A DNA stretch of 64,000 bases from Candidatus Eiseniibacteriota bacterium (GTDB lineage: Bacteria > Eisenbacteria > RBG-16-71-46 > CAZAMP01). Positions 37,079-47,797 of the stretch are shown in pieces. The DNA is taken from positions 3,040,001 to 3,104,000 of the forward strand of contig OZ245046.1 in the NCBI GenBank assembly GCA_965224245.1, read 5' to 3'. Position 1 is the first letter of the stretch. Every line of letters begins with the position of its first letter. A model generated the notes under the pieces. That model saw only the letters and a list, made by a program, of their open reading frames with translations. It was not told the DNA's origin and did not search any database. The translations under genes were made by a program, and so were the position numbers.

Positions 37079-38390
37079 CCCCCGGCGATCGTGCGCGGCG
37101 GCCGGCGAGGGTCACCGTGAGGGCTTCGACGACGAACCCCACGAGCAGGATCGCCGCGCCGCCGCGATGGCCGAGGTGACCGGTGAGCTGCAGCGTGGCC
37201 GCGCCCGCGCCGATCGCGACGTTCCGGAGAACACTGCCGAGCGCCATCGGCCGCGTCCGCCGATCGGCCAGCGACAGGCCGTGATGGTAGTTCCGGAGCC
37301 CCACCACGATCGGGATCGCGCTGAGCACCCACACGGCCCGGATCGCGCCCGGCAGGAGCTCGGGCCCCACCCCGATGACGTGCGAGAGAAGGAGCTCGGC
37401 CAGGGGGCTCACGAGCATCCCGATCGCGCCGAGCGTCGTCCCCGCGGTAACGGTGATCAGGAAACGCCGCACGGCACGGAGATCCTGCCGGCCGAAGGTC
37501 GCGAAGACGTGGCGGAACTGGTTCAGCGGCACGTGAAAGAGCATCGAGACGTCGAACGCGACCTTCAGCGCCGCGATCAGTGCGTCTCCGTCGTGGGCGC
37601 GACCGGCGAACGAGTACAGGATCGGTCGGCTGAAGGCGAACAGTCCGCTCGTGACCGCCACCGGCCAGAAGAACGCCATCGCACGTCCGAGCGTCAGGGG
37701 CGGTGAGGCCCCGGCGCGGGCGTCCGCGAGAGGCGCCGGCGCCGGACGGGGCGCATCGGGCCGATCGAGGCGCGCCACGATCGCAGACACCAGCGCCAGC
37801 GTCACCGCGGTGGCGGTGAGCTGCGCGGTGACGATGATCCGGAACGGCTCCCACCCCCGATCGAAGCCCGCGGCCAGCAGCGCCACCAGCATCACCGTGT
37901 GCGCGACGTTCAGAGCCGACGCGGTCCGCGTGCGGGCCGCCTGGACGAGAAGCCCCGTCTGCACGTGACGGAGCCCGTTCCCCAGGATCAAGGGCGAGAG
38001 CCACCGGAGGTACCGGACGACCCGTTCGAGCGTGACGTCCGAGACGCCGTACATCTCGCCGACCACCCGGGCGCCCAACGGCGTGAACGCGAGCACCAGC
38101 AGCGGTAGGCTGACCAGCGCGCACACGACGAGCGCGAAGCGATACAGCACGCGCCGATCGACCGCGTCTCGCGCCAGCACGTTGGCCGTGTGCGGCAGAA
38201 ACACCAGCGTCGCGTTGAAGAACGCGAACGTGCCCCAGGCTCGGGCGAACACGGCCAGCTCGGTCACCGCGTCCGGATACCGTGCGAGCGCCGCGTTCTG
38301 GGCCAGCGGACCGGCGAGCATCATCGTGCCCATCAGCGACAGCGGCCAGAAGAAGCTCCAGAGTCGACGCTGGCTGAGTCCGGGGGTCAC
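37056..38390 (-). CDS. MATE/ANKH-like membrane transporter
   Basis: Internal duplication (two FFWP-starting halves), about 12 TM, NAALAR; start approximate. Confidence 0.68.
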   Translation of the reverse strand: MTPGLSQRRLWSFFWPLSLMGTMMLAGPLAQNAALARYPDAVTELAVFARAWGTFAFFNATLVFLPHTANVLARDAVDRRVLYRFALVVCALVSLPLLVLAFTPLGARVVGEMYGVSDVTLERVVRYLRWLSPLILGNGLRHVQTGLLVQAARTRTASALNVAHTVMLVALLAAGFDRGWEPFRIIVTAQLTATAVTLALVSAIVARLDRPDAPRPAPAPLADARAGASPPLTLGRAMAFFWPVAVTSGLFAFSRPILYSFAGRAHDGDALIAALKVAFDVSMLFHVPLNQFRHVFATFGRQDLRAVRRFLITVTAGTTLGAIGMLVSPLAELLLSHVIGVGPELLPGAIRAVWVLSAIPIVVGLRNYHHGLSLADRRTRPMALGSVLRNVAIGAGAATLQLTGHLGHRGGAAILLVGFVVEALTVTLAGRRARSPGVRTRSAP

Positions 38391-38431
38391 GGCACCGTCC
38401 GAATGTGCGAGTATGGATGCGTGGAGGACGC

Positions 38432-39997
38432 ATGGTAGCACCGTCTTCGGCCGGGAACGGGAACCACGCGGGCGGCTCTCGCGCCGGCATGCGAGCGCTG
38501 GTCCTCGGGCCGGTGCTGGCCGCCGCACTCGCGATCTTCGGTGACCTCGAGCCCGGGCGCCCCGAGGTGACGCGCACGGCCGCGGTGGCGCTCTGGATGT
38601 CGATCTGGTGGATCGGCGAGGCCGTCCCGCTGGCCGTGACCGCGCTCCTGCCGATCGTGCTGTTTCCGACGCTCGGCATCATGAGCGGCAAGGCGGTCGC
38701 CCCGACCTACTTCAATCACGTGATCTTCCTGTTCATCGGGGGCTTCCTGGTCGCGCTCGCCATGGAGCGCTGGCAGCTCCACCGTCGCATCGCGCTGGGC
38801 GTGCTTCGCCGGTCGGGGACGACCCCGCGCCGTCTGCTGGCGGCCTTCATGGGCGCGAGCGCGTTCCTGTCCATGTGGATCTCGAACACGGCCACCACGA
38901 TGATGATGGTGCCGATCGCGGTCGCGGTGCTCGATGGACTCGAGCGGGCCGGTGGATCCCCGCTCGATCGCCGGACGTCGACCGCGCTGCTCCTCGGCGT
39001 CGCCTACGGCGCCTCGCTCGGGGGGATCGCCACGCTGGTCGGGACACCGCCGAACCTCTCGCTGGCCCGCATCTTCGAGATCAGCTTTCCCGACGCCCCG
39101 GAGATCGCGTTCTCCACGTGGTTCCGGTTCGGGCTCCCGGTCTCGCTCCTGCTCCTGGTGGTCGTGTGGGCGGTCCTGTCCGCGTCGTTCCTGCGGGGCG
39201 CGGCGGTCACGCTTCCCCGGCGCGTGCTCCAGGAGCAGTCCGCCCGCCTGGGCCCGATGCGGTTCGAGGAGCGGGTGGTCTTCGCGGTCTTTCTCGCGCT
39301 GGTGGCCGCGTGGCTGACCCGGTCCGATCTGAGCCTCGGATTCGCGGTGCTCCCGGGCTGGGCACGCCTCTTCCCCGAGCCCGGCTTCCTGAACGACGGC
39401 ACGGTCGCGATCGCGTTCGCGTCGGTGCTGTTCCTGGTCCCGTCGCGGAGCGAGCCGGATCGGCGGGTGATGGACTGGCGCGTCGCCGAGAAGCTTCCGT
39501 GGAACGTCGTGCTGCTGTTCGGGGGTGGATTCGCGCTGGCGACCGGATTCGTGGAGTCGGGCCTGTCGGCGTGGTTCGGCAGGACGCTGGAGGGCGCCGG
39601 ACGCTACCCGCCGCCCGCGATCGTCGCCGTGGTGAGCCTGGGCGCGACGTTTCTGACCGAGCTGACCTCGAACACCGCGACCGCGGAGATGTTCCTGCCG
39701 ATCCTGGCCGCGCTCGGGGTCAGCATCGGAGTGAATCCGCTTCTGATCATGATCCCGGCCACGCTGAGCTGCTCGCTGGCGTTCATGCTGCCGGTCGCCA
39801 CCCCGCCGAACGCGATCATCTTCGGCACCGGCCGCCTGCGAATCGCCGACATGGCGCGCATCGGGGTGTGGCTGAACCTCATCGGGGTGATCGTGGTCAC
39901 GGCCGCGACGTGGTGGATCGCGCGCGTCGTGTTCGACATCGACCTGTCGGCGCTTCCGGACTGGGCCCGGGAGATCGGCTCAGCGCCCGGCCGCTGA
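38432..39997 (+). CDS. SLC13/DASS family anion symporter
   Basis: EAVPLAVTALLP, SMWISNTAT, GTPPN, TSNTAT, FMLPVATPPNAI. Confidence 0.92.
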   Translation: MVAPSSAGNGNHAGGSRAGMRALVLGPVLAAALAIFGDLEPGRPEVTRTAAVALWMSIWWIGEAVPLAVTALLPIVLFPTLGIMSGKAVAPTYFNHVIFLFIGGFLVALAMERWQLHRRIALGVLRRSGTTPRRLLAAFMGASAFLSMWISNTATTMMMVPIAVAVLDGLERAGGSPLDRRTSTALLLGVAYGASLGGIATLVGTPPNLSLARIFEISFPDAPEIAFSTWFRFGLPVSLLLLVVVWAVLSASFLRGAAVTLPRRVLQEQSARLGPMRFEERVVFAVFLALVAAWLTRSDLSLGFAVLPGWARLFPEPGFLNDGTVAIAFASVLFLVPSRSEPDRRVMDWRVAEKLPWNVVLLFGGGFALATGFVESGLSAWFGRTLEGAGRYPPPAIVAVVSLGATFLTELTSNTATAEMFLPILAALGVSIGVNPLLIMIPATLSCSLAFMLPVATPPNAIIFGTGRLRIADMARIGVWLNLIGVIVVTAATWWIARVVFDIDLSALPDWAREIGSAPGR

Positions 39998-40026
39998 ACC
40001 GGACGCGGGCGATCGGATCCACCGGA

Positions 40027-42093
40027 TCAGGCGCCCAGGAAGCGCAGCGTCTGGTAGGCGACGAACGCCGCCCCGTATGCCAGCACGGTCATGTAGCCGA
40101 GCTGGAACAGCGGCCAGCGCCAGCTGTTGGTCTCGCGCCGCGTCGCCGCCTGGGTGGGCAGGCACTGCATCGCGAGCACGTAGAAGATCAGGAGGCTCAC
40201 GCTGGCCGCGGTCGTGAACACCGGGCGGCCGTCGGGGTGACGGGCGGCACGCAGCGTCGCGTAGAGCCCGTCGGGCTGATCGTCCACCGCGTCCTCGCCC
40301 AGACCGTACACGACGGCCAGCGTGGACACGATGACCTCGCGGGCCGCGAAGGACGAGATCACGCCGATCCCGATCTGCCAGTCGTATCCGAGCGGCCGGA
40401 CGATCGGCTCGATCAGCTTTCCGAGGCGGCCCGCCATCGAGTGCGAGAGCGCGTGCCGGTTGGTCAGGCTCTCGGCGCGGAGACGGGCGGTCGACGCCTC
40501 CTCGACCGCCCCGGTCGCGGCCAGCACCTCGGCCTGGGTGGAGAGGTCGACGGCCTCGGGTGGCGGGTCGGTCTTCGGATACGTGGCCAGCGCCCACAGC
40601 GCCACCGAGATCAACAGGATGATCGTGCCCGCCTGCCGCACGAACACGGTGGCGCGATCGAACGTGTGGAAGAGCGCGGTCCGGAGCGCCGGAATGCGAT
40701 AGCCGGGCAGCTCGAGCACCAGCGGCCGGCTCTCGCCGGGGAGGATCGTCTTCTTGAAGATGAACGCCATCGTCAGCGCGGCCGCGATCCCCAGCACGTA
40801 GGCGCCCGCGAACAGGAGCGCGGCCCGCCCGGGGTGATCGGGAAAGAGAAGCGCGGTGACCATCGCGTAGACGGGGATCCGCGCCGAGCACGTCATCAGG
40901 GGCGCCACCAGGATCGTGACCAGCCGGTCGCGGGTGTCGCCGATGACGCGGGTGGCCATGATCGCCGGGATGGCGCACGCGTGGGCCGCCAGGAGCGGCA
41001 CGAACGCGGTTCCCGGAAGCCCCACGCGGCGCATGAGCCGGTCCATCACGAAGGCCGCCCGCGCGAGATAGCCGCTGTCCTCGAGCAGCGCCAGGAAGAA
41101 GAACAGGATGCAGATCTGGGGCAGGAACACGAGGACCCCGCCGACGCCCCCGATGATGCCGTCCACGAGAAGGCTCCGGAGATCGCCCTCGGGCACGATC
41201 TCGGCGACGCGTGCGCCGAGCCCCGCGAACAGGGCGTCGATCAGATCCATCGGGATCGTGGCCACGCTGAAGATCAGGTAGAAGACGGACAGCATCACGG
41301 CCACGAACGCGACCACGCCCCCGACCGGATGCGTCAGGAGCCGGTCGATCTTCTCGGTGCGCCGCGCCGGCGCGACCCTCGGCGACTCGACGCACCGGGA
41401 TGCGATCCGATCCGACCACGTATAGCGTGACTGGTACGGACACGAGGCGCATCCGGTCTGCTCGAGCGCCGGCCGGATCGAGGCGGCCTCCGGCTGCGCC
41501 TCGGCTCCCACGCGACGTACGATCTCGCGCTTGAGATCGTCGATGCCGCGACCGACTCGGGCCAGGACCGGCACCACGGGACACCCGAGCTCGAGGCTCA
41601 GCTTGTGCGGGTCCACGTGGATGCCGTGCCGCTCCGCGACGTCCAGCATGTTGAGCGCGACGATCACGTTGCAATCGCGCTCGAGGAGCTGGCTGGCGAT
41701 GAAGAGGCTGCGCTCGATGTTCCCCGCATCGACGATCACGACGACGGCGTCCGGCTTCGCCACCCCCGGCATCTCGCCCATCAGGACGTCCCGGGCGATC
41801 CGCTCCTCGGGCGTGGCCGCGTCGAGGCTGTAGACGCCCGGGAGGTCGATCACGTCCACCGCGACCTCGCCGGAGGCCATGCGCCCCATGCGACGCTCGA
41901 CGGTCGTGCCGGGGAAGTTGGCCGTCTGGGCTCGGAGGCCGGTCAGGGCATTGAACAGCGTGGTCTTGCCCGCGTTCGGGCTGCCCGCGAGCGCGACCAT
42001 GAGCGGCCGCGGAGACGTCCGGCCGTTCCCGATGGGCGCGCGGGCACCGCTCCCCGTCCCGATGCCGATGTGCATGCGCGTGCCGAAAGCCAT
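40027..42093 (-). CDS. feoB: Ferrous iron transporter FeoB
   Basis: GSPNAGKT, NFPGTTVE, DLPG, LNMLD, LEDSGYLAR, MTCSAR, LELP, AAREVIVST. Confidence 0.95.
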   Translation of the reverse strand: MAFGTRMHIGIGTGSGARAPIGNGRTSPRPLMVALAGSPNAGKTTLFNALTGLRAQTANFPGTTVERRMGRMASGEVAVDVIDLPGVYSLDAATPEERIARDVLMGEMPGVAKPDAVVVIVDAGNIERSLFIASQLLERDCNVIVALNMLDVAERHGIHVDPHKLSLELGCPVVPVLARVGRGIDDLKREIVRRVGAEAQPEAASIRPALEQTGCASCPYQSRYTWSDRIASRCVESPRVAPARRTEKIDRLLTHPVGGVVAFVAVMLSVFYLIFSVATIPMDLIDALFAGLGARVAEIVPEGDLRSLLVDGIIGGVGGVLVFLPQICILFFFLALLEDSGYLARAAFVMDRLMRRVGLPGTAFVPLLAAHACAIPAIMATRVIGDTRDRLVTILVAPLMTCSARIPVYAMVTALLFPDHPGRAALLFAGAYVLGIAAALTMAFIFKKTILPGESRPLVLELPGYRIPALRTALFHTFDRATVFVRQAGTIILLISVALWALATYPKTDPPPEAVDLSTQAEVLAATGAVEEASTARLRAESLTNRHALSHSMAGRLGKLIEPIVRPLGYDWQIGIGVISSFAAREVIVSTLAVVYGLGEDAVDDQPDGLYATLRAARHPDGRPVFTTAASVSLLIFYVLAMQCLPTQAATRRETNSWRWPLFQLGYMTVLAYGAAFVAYQTLRFLGA

Positions 42094-42140
42094 GGGAGAT
42101 CGTCTCCGACGCCGCCGGGACGGCGCTCAGGTTCGAACGG

Positions 42141-42389
42141 TCAGCCGTTCTCGGATCGGTCGCAGATCACGACCTCGATTTGTGCGGCGAGGCGGGCGGA
42201 TACCCCCACGCACGTGCCGTACACCTTCAGGATCAGCGGATCACCCCGCTGGATCACCTCCACGACGCGCCCGCCGCAGACCCCCATGGCCATCAGCCGC
42301 TGGAGATCTCCGTCGGGGGCCTGGACCTCCTGGACCCGTCCGCACTCCCGGGGCCGGAGATCGCTGAGGGGGACTCGGTCGTTCAACAC
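42141..42389 (-). CDS. feoA: FeoA
   Basis: LSDL..RLMAMGV..G..V....GDPLIL SH3-like pattern, upstream of feoB; GTG 42389 after AGGAG. Confidence 0.88.
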   Translation of the reverse strand: MLNDRVPLSDLRPRECGRVQEVQAPDGDLQRLMAMGVCGGRVVEVIQRGDPLILKVYGTCVGVSARLAAQIEVVICDRSENG

Positions 42390-42609
42390 GCGACACACGC
42401 TCCTGTTTGCAAGCCGGACAGTCTACGCCGCCGGAGGGGCCGGATGGAAGGTCCCGATGCGAGTTCGGGTACCGGTCATCCCGGACCCCATCGCGGGATC
42501 GTCGGTCCGGTGGGTCGCCCGCAGGTCAGCATATCAGCCGTGGCGACCCGCGCCGTAATCCGTGGATTCCGATACGCGGCCCACGCCGAGGCCGTCCGGG
42601 ACCGACCGG

Positions 42610-45261
42610 TCAGGGTCCCCCGTCCGCACCGTGGCCGAGCTCGGCCCGTCGCGCGATCGCCTCTCGCGTGTCGCCGTGATCAGCGCCCAGCGATCGGGTC
42701 AGCACGTGAACGGCGGCTTCGAGCCGGACCCGAGCTTCGTCGGATCGCCCCAGCGCGGCCAGGCACGTCCCGATATCGCTGTCGGCCCGCCCGCGCCGGT
42801 AGTGCTCGGGCGCGTCGTTCGCCTCGCACCACGCCGCGAAGGCCTCGAGATACGGCAGCGCTCGCTCCGGGCGACCCCGGTCCAGCCAGAATCGTCCGAG
42901 GGCGTGATCGGAGGCGGCGACCAGCGGATGGTCCGCGGCGAGCGTCTCGCGACGCACCGTGCGCACCGCCGTGAACAGGCTCTCGGCCTCGGCGACCGAC
43001 CCGTCCCTGGCGGCGACGCGCGCGAGCCCGACCTCGGCCCCGGTGGTTCGCGGGTGGGTCGGGCCCAGCGTCCGCTGGTCGATCGCGATCGCGCGTTCGA
43101 AGAGATCGCGAGCCAAGACGAGGTCTCCGCGCTCGGTGTGGACGCTGGCCAGGTTCGCCAGCTGCCGCGCCACGGCCGGATGCTCCGATCGCGCGTAGAG
43201 TCGTTCGGACATCGCCAGCGCCTCCTCCAGGATCGGCTGCGCCTGGTCCAGACGGTCGAGCGTCAACAGAAGCCCCCCATAGTTATTGAGCGCGTGGATC
43301 AGGTCGAAGTGATCTTCTCCCGCGAAGACCTCGCGCGCGATGTCCAGCGCGATCACGAACTGCGCCTCGGCCTCGTCCAGACGCCCCAGCTTGAAGTTGA
43401 GGTAGCCGAGCGTGCCCCATCCCCACGCGAGATCGTCGTCGGGCTCGTCGCCGAGGCGCTGCTTCATCTCGAGCGACTCGCGAACGGGTCCCACCGCCTC
43501 GGCGACGTAGCCCTGCACCTGGAGGTCGATCCCGAGCGAGGCCAGCGCCTGGACCACGAGCGGATCGTCTCCACGCCCCGCGTCGTGGAGGAGCCGCAGC
43601 GTGAGGCTGTCCTGGTGTACCGCCTCCGCCGGGCGCCCGAGATCGTGGAGTACGGTCGCGAGCACGGCGCGCGTCGTGGCCGCGTTCTCGACGTAGTCGT
43701 CGGGATCGATCTCCGGACGCGCCAGCTCGAGCTGGTCGAGCGACGCCACCAGAAGGCTCTCCGCATCGGCGTGCAAGGCCAGCGTGTGATGCACGCCGCC
43801 GAGTGACGCGAGCATGCGGGCCTGTAGATACGGCTCGCCCTCCAGATCGATCGGGATGCGCGCGGTGCCACGGCGCAGCATGTCGAGCGCGCTCAGCTCC
43901 TCGGCGCCGCTGACGTCCTCGGCGAGCGTGAACAGGCTCTCCAGGAATCCGGCCACCCGCCGCGTGGCCTCGGCCTCGGCCCGCGCGCGCCGCTCGGCCT
44001 CGACGGCGCGATCGCGCTCCGCGGCCAGCCGCTCGCCGTGCCACACCAGAAACACCGTCCCCACGATCAGCGACGCGACGATCGCCAGCCCCGCGCCCAC
44101 CCGGAGCGGATGGCGACGCGCGAGCTTGCCGGCGCGATACCCGAGGGTGTCCGGTCTGGCCGTCACCGGCCTGCCGTCCCGCCACCGGTCCAGGTCGTCG
44201 GCGAGCTGCGCGACACCGGGGTAGCGCCGCTCGGGCTCGCTCCGGAGCGCCTTCAGACAAATCGTGTCGAGATCACCGCGCAGCCGGCGGGCCAGCGTGC
44301 GCGGCGTGCCGCCGCGGGCGCCGGCGACCGCGTGGTCCGCCTGCCGGCTGACGGCCGTGCTGGGCGACGATACGCTGGCGGTCGCATCGTCGAGGGGAAC
44401 GCGCCCGCCGTCGTCGGCCCACGGATGGCGGCCGGCCAGGAGCTCGTACAGCAGCACCCCGAGCGCGTAGACGTCGCTGCGGGTGTCGATCGCCGCCTCG
44501 TCGCCCCGGAGCTGCTCGGGGCTCATGTAGGCGGGCGTTCCGACGATCTGACCCTCGAGCGTCAAACCCTGTGACTCGGCTTCCGGCTGAAGCGCCTTGG
44601 AGATGCCGAAGTCGATCACCGTGGGGACGTGGCGGCCGTCCAGCTCGCGCACCAGCACGTTCGACGGCTTGAGGTCGCGGTGGAGTACACCGCGCTGGTG
44701 CGCGTGCTCGACCGCGCGGCAGACCTCGACGAACAGATCCACGCGTGCCGCCACGTCGAGCCGGTGATCATCGCCGTACCGGGTGATCGGTGAGCCCTCG
44801 ACCAGCGGCATCACGAACCACGGGCGGCCGCGCTCGTCGGTGCCCGCATCGAGCACCGTCGCGATGTGGGGGTGCTGCATGCGGGCCAGGCTCTGTCGCT
44901 CCCACGCGAAGCGGCGCAGCACGCGCTCGCTGTGGAGCCCGTGCTGAACGAGCTTCAGCGCGACCACCCGGCGCACGGGCTGGTCCTGGCGCGCGCGGTA
45001 GACGACGCCCATGCCACCCTCGCCGAGCACCTCCTCGATGCGATACGGACCGATCGCGCTCGGATGCTCCTCGCGACCGAGCGCGCTCCGCTCCACCAGT
45101 CGCGCGCCGGACTCCTCGTGGGCGAGGAGCGAGAGGACCTCGTCGGCGAGCGCGGTGTCGTCACCGGCGCGCTCGCGCACGAAGGCGTCGCGATCGGCGC
45201 GGTCACGGGCACGGGCGGCCAGGAGCAGGGCCTTGATCTGGGAGAATCGGGCGTTGTCCAT
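42610..45261 (-). CDS. Hanks-type Ser/Thr kinase - TM - TPR protein
   Basis: LGEGGMGVVY, VALK, HRDLKPSN, DFGISK, GTPAYMSPEQ, DVYALG; one TM; C-terminal LGPTHP-type TPRs. Confidence 0.94.
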   Translation of the reverse strand: MDNARFSQIKALLLAARARDRADRDAFVRERAGDDTALADEVLSLLAHEESGARLVERSALGREEHPSAIGPYRIEEVLGEGGMGVVYRARQDQPVRRVVALKLVQHGLHSERVLRRFAWERQSLARMQHPHIATVLDAGTDERGRPWFVMPLVEGSPITRYGDDHRLDVAARVDLFVEVCRAVEHAHQRGVLHRDLKPSNVLVRELDGRHVPTVIDFGISKALQPEAESQGLTLEGQIVGTPAYMSPEQLRGDEAAIDTRSDVYALGVLLYELLAGRHPWADDGGRVPLDDATASVSSPSTAVSRQADHAVAGARGGTPRTLARRLRGDLDTICLKALRSEPERRYPGVAQLADDLDRWRDGRPVTARPDTLGYRAGKLARRHPLRVGAGLAIVASLIVGTVFLVWHGERLAAERDRAVEAERRARAEAEATRRVAGFLESLFTLAEDVSGAEELSALDMLRRGTARIPIDLEGEPYLQARMLASLGGVHHTLALHADAESLLVASLDQLELARPEIDPDDYVENAATTRAVLATVLHDLGRPAEAVHQDSLTLRLLHDAGRGDDPLVVQALASLGIDLQVQGYVAEAVGPVRESLEMKQRLGDEPDDDLAWGWGTLGYLNFKLGRLDEAEAQFVIALDIAREVFAGEDHFDLIHALNNYGGLLLTLDRLDQAQPILEEALAMSERLYARSEHPAVARQLANLASVHTERGDLVLARDLFERAIAIDQRTLGPTHPRTTGAEVGLARVAARDGSVAEAESLFTAVRTVRRETLAADHPLVAASDHALGRFWLDRGRPERALPYLEAFAAWCEANDAPEHYRRGRADSDIGTCLAALGRSDEARVRLEAAVHVLTRSLGADHGDTREAIARRAELGHGADGGP

Positions 45262-45326
45262 GACGAGCTAGCATGCGGTGCGGCGGGGACGTTGTCCACA
45301 CTCCGGGACGCAGCCCGGCCATCGGG

Positions 45327-46061
45327 TCATGCCAGGCTGATGAAGTCCTTCCCCGAGTAGCCCCGGATGCGCTGACAGGCCTCGTACCCCTCCCGGTCGC
45401 CCACGTCGTTCGTGTTTCCCTCGATCGTCAGCATCACGTCGGGGGCGGTCTTGACCACGATGCCCACGTGAGTCCAGTCGGTCGACGTTCGCCGCACGAG
45501 AAAGAGGTCGCCGCGCCGCACGTGCGTCCGGTTGGCGGGCGTGCCGGGGATGAACCGCTGCTCGGTCTTGCCGCTCGCCGCGAGCGTGTCGCACGACACC
45601 GACGGAACGATGGGCGGCTGGACTCCGAGGCTGTCGCACGCCTGCCGCATCACCGTGCACACGAAGCCCGCGCACCACGGCCAGTCGGGTCCCTCGTTGC
45701 CGTCCATGTAGTGCCGAACCCAGGGCCCGCGGTTCTGTCCCCCGATCTCGCGCGGATGCGCGCGCACGTGACGGCGCGCATAGAACACCATTCGCGATCC
45801 GAGGTTGCCCGAGCTCGGACGCGCATCCACGATCTCCCGGATCGGACGCGCCAGGCTTCCGAACGTGGTCTCGTCGACATGTCCGGTGACCGGCAGCCCC
45901 TCGCGCTCCTGGAACTCCCGCACGGCGAAGTCCGTGGCCGCTCCGAAGTCCCCGTCCACGACCAGTCCGTACCCGCGAAGCGACAGCCACTCCTGTACGC
46001 GCCGGACCTTCTTGCCCCGGTCTCCACGCCCGGCCGGCGACGGCCACGTCAGCTCATTCAC
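45327..46061 (-). CDS. Peptidoglycan-binding domain + CHAP amidase
   Basis: VRRVQEWL..VDGDFGAATDFAVREFQ..GLPVTG; PWCAGFV, THVGIV, IEGNT. Start uncertain. Confidence 0.85.
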   Translation of the reverse strand: MNELTWPSPAGRGDRGKKVRRVQEWLSLRGYGLVVDGDFGAATDFAVREFQEREGLPVTGHVDETTFGSLARPIREIVDARPSSGNLGSRMVFYARRHVRAHPREIGGQNRGPWVRHYMDGNEGPDWPWCAGFVCTVMRQACDSLGVQPPIVPSVSCDTLAASGKTEQRFIPGTPANRTHVRRGDLFLVRRTSTDWTHVGIVVKTAPDVMLTIEGNTNDVGDREGYEACQRIRGYSGKDFISLA

Positions 46062-46399
46062 GGCTCGTGCTCCCTGTTCCATCGCGGATCCGCCGCGATC
46101 CCACCGCAACACGCGTGCCCCGAAACGATGGTTCGGAAACTACTTAAGGCGGATCGCTCCTGACAACCGATACTCTGGGTCCGGTCGAGACGGCATCCTC
46201 CGTGACGCCCATTCTCGGGCGAACGACGGAGGCGCCTGTCCACGATTTGCTGTAACACCCGGCCCGCCTGAGCGTTGCACGGGTCCGCCCCCACGACCGT
46301 CAGGTCGCCCGCGGTGGCCGGCCCGCCGAGAGACTCGCGCTTCTCGCCGACACGCCCCGGAGGTCGAGGACGTCCATCGACGGTTGGAAGGGGGTCGCC

Positions 46400-47797
46400 A
46401 TGGCCAAGGCGGCACGACCGAAACCGGTTCTGCTCCCCGAGCTGTGCAAGGGCTGCGGTCGCTGCATCGATGCCTGCCCGAAGCACTGCATCACGCTCGG
46501 CGAGGACATCAATCAGGCGTCCGGGCTGATACCGGTCGTCATCGATCTGGACATCTGTAACGGATGCGGTCTCTGCATCACCGCGTGTCCGGAGCCCTAC
46601 GGGCTCACCGCCACCGGCTACGAGCTCGAAGACCCCACCGATCTCTACGGCGAACGCCGGCGAGAGCAGACGACACCGAAGACCGTGCCCGCGCGGCGCA
46701 TCCCGCTGGCCGCCCACGAGCCGATGGTGCTGAAGGGCACCTACGCCTCGGCGCTCGGCGCCGTTCTGGCCGGGTGCCGTCACGTCTTCGGCTATCCGAT
46801 CACACCGTCGACCGAGGGGGCCGAGCTGATGGCGAAGCTCCAGCCCCGGATGCACGGTGTCTTCCTCCAGGCGGTGAGCGAGGTCGCGACCGTCAATCAC
46901 ATGTACGGATGCGGCGGTGCGGGGCTCCCCTGCATGACGTTCACCAGCTCACCGGGCTTCAGCCTGATGCTCGAGGGCATCTCGTACATGGTGGGCGCCG
47001 AGGTGCCCGCCGTCTTCGTCAACGTGATGCGCGGCGGCCCCGGGCTCGGCAACATCGGACCCGAGCAGGCCGACATCAAGCTCGTCTGCCGCGGCCTCGG
47101 CCACGGGAACACGCACGGCATCGTGCTCGCGCCGACGACGCCGCAAGAGATGCTCGACATGACCATGGACGCGTTCCGGCTCGCGTTCAAGTACCGGAAC
47201 CCCGTCATCATCGCCGCCGACGGTTATCTGGGCCAGATGACCGGCCGCGTCACGCTGCCGTCCGAGATGGTGCAGCCGGGACTCCCCGACTGGGCCGTCC
47301 ACGGCGACGCCGAGCACCGGCACAACCTGATCAACTCGATCTACCTGTCCGAGCCGCTCCTGGAGAGGCACAACGAGCACCTGAACGCCAAGTTCGACTA
47401 CATCGTTCAGGAGGAGCAGCGCGCCAACACGTTCCGCGCCGACGACGCCAGGATCCTGGTGGTCTCGTGCAACACGCCGGCCCGCATGGCCAAGGGCGCG
47501 GTGGAGAGCCTCCGTCGCGAGGGGATCGAGGTGGGGCTGTTCCATCCCGTGACGCTGTGGCCGTTCCCGATCGATCACCTGACCCCGCTCCTCGACCACG
47601 TGACCGATCTCCTGGTGGTCGAGGCCAGCGCCGGTCAGCTGGAGGACGAGCTCCGGCTGGCGCTGAGCCACGCCGGCGTGCACGGCCCCCGCATCCATCA
47701 TCTACGCCGGATGGGCGGCGTGCTCCCGCAGGAGCCCGCGATCGCGGAGAAGATCCGCGAGATCGGCGTCCTCGCCGAGGGAGGGGTGGCGTCATGA
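46400..47797 (+). CDS. 2-oxoacid:ferredoxin oxidoreductase delta(ferredoxin)-alpha fusion (VOR-like)
   Basis: CKGCGRCIDACP and CNGCGLCITACP; GYPITPS, TSSPGFSL, MRGGPGLGNI. Confidence 0.9.
   Translation: MAKAARPKPVLLPELCKGCGRCIDACPKHCITLGEDINQASGLIPVVIDLDICNGCGLCITACPEPYGLTATGYELEDPTDLYGERRREQTTPKTVPARRIPLAAHEPMVLKGTYASALGAVLAGCRHVFGYPITPSTEGAELMAKLQPRMHGVFLQAVSEVATVNHMYGCGGAGLPCMTFTSSPGFSLMLEGISYMVGAEVPAVFVNVMRGGPGLGNIGPEQADIKLVCRGLGHGNTHGIVLAPTTPQEMLDMTMDAFRLAFKYRNPVIIAADGYLGQMTGRVTLPSEMVQPGLPDWAVHGDAEHRHNLINSIYLSEPLLERHNEHLNAKFDYIVQEEQRANTFRADDARILVVSCNTPARMAKGAVESLRREGIEVGLFHPVTLWPFPIDHLTPLLDHVTDLLVVEASAGQLEDELRLALSHAGVHGPRIHHLRRMGGVLPQEPAIAEKIREIGVLAEGGVAS

Noticed and set aside
45327-46061. 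Prophage endolysin
   Set aside because: No holin, structural or integrase genes nearby; host-like codon usage.
46265-46310. SAH-riboswitch-like words GAGCGTTGC...CCGTCAGG
   Set aside because: The closing stem and downstream pseudoknot partner are not evident, and the gene context (OFOR) does not fit.
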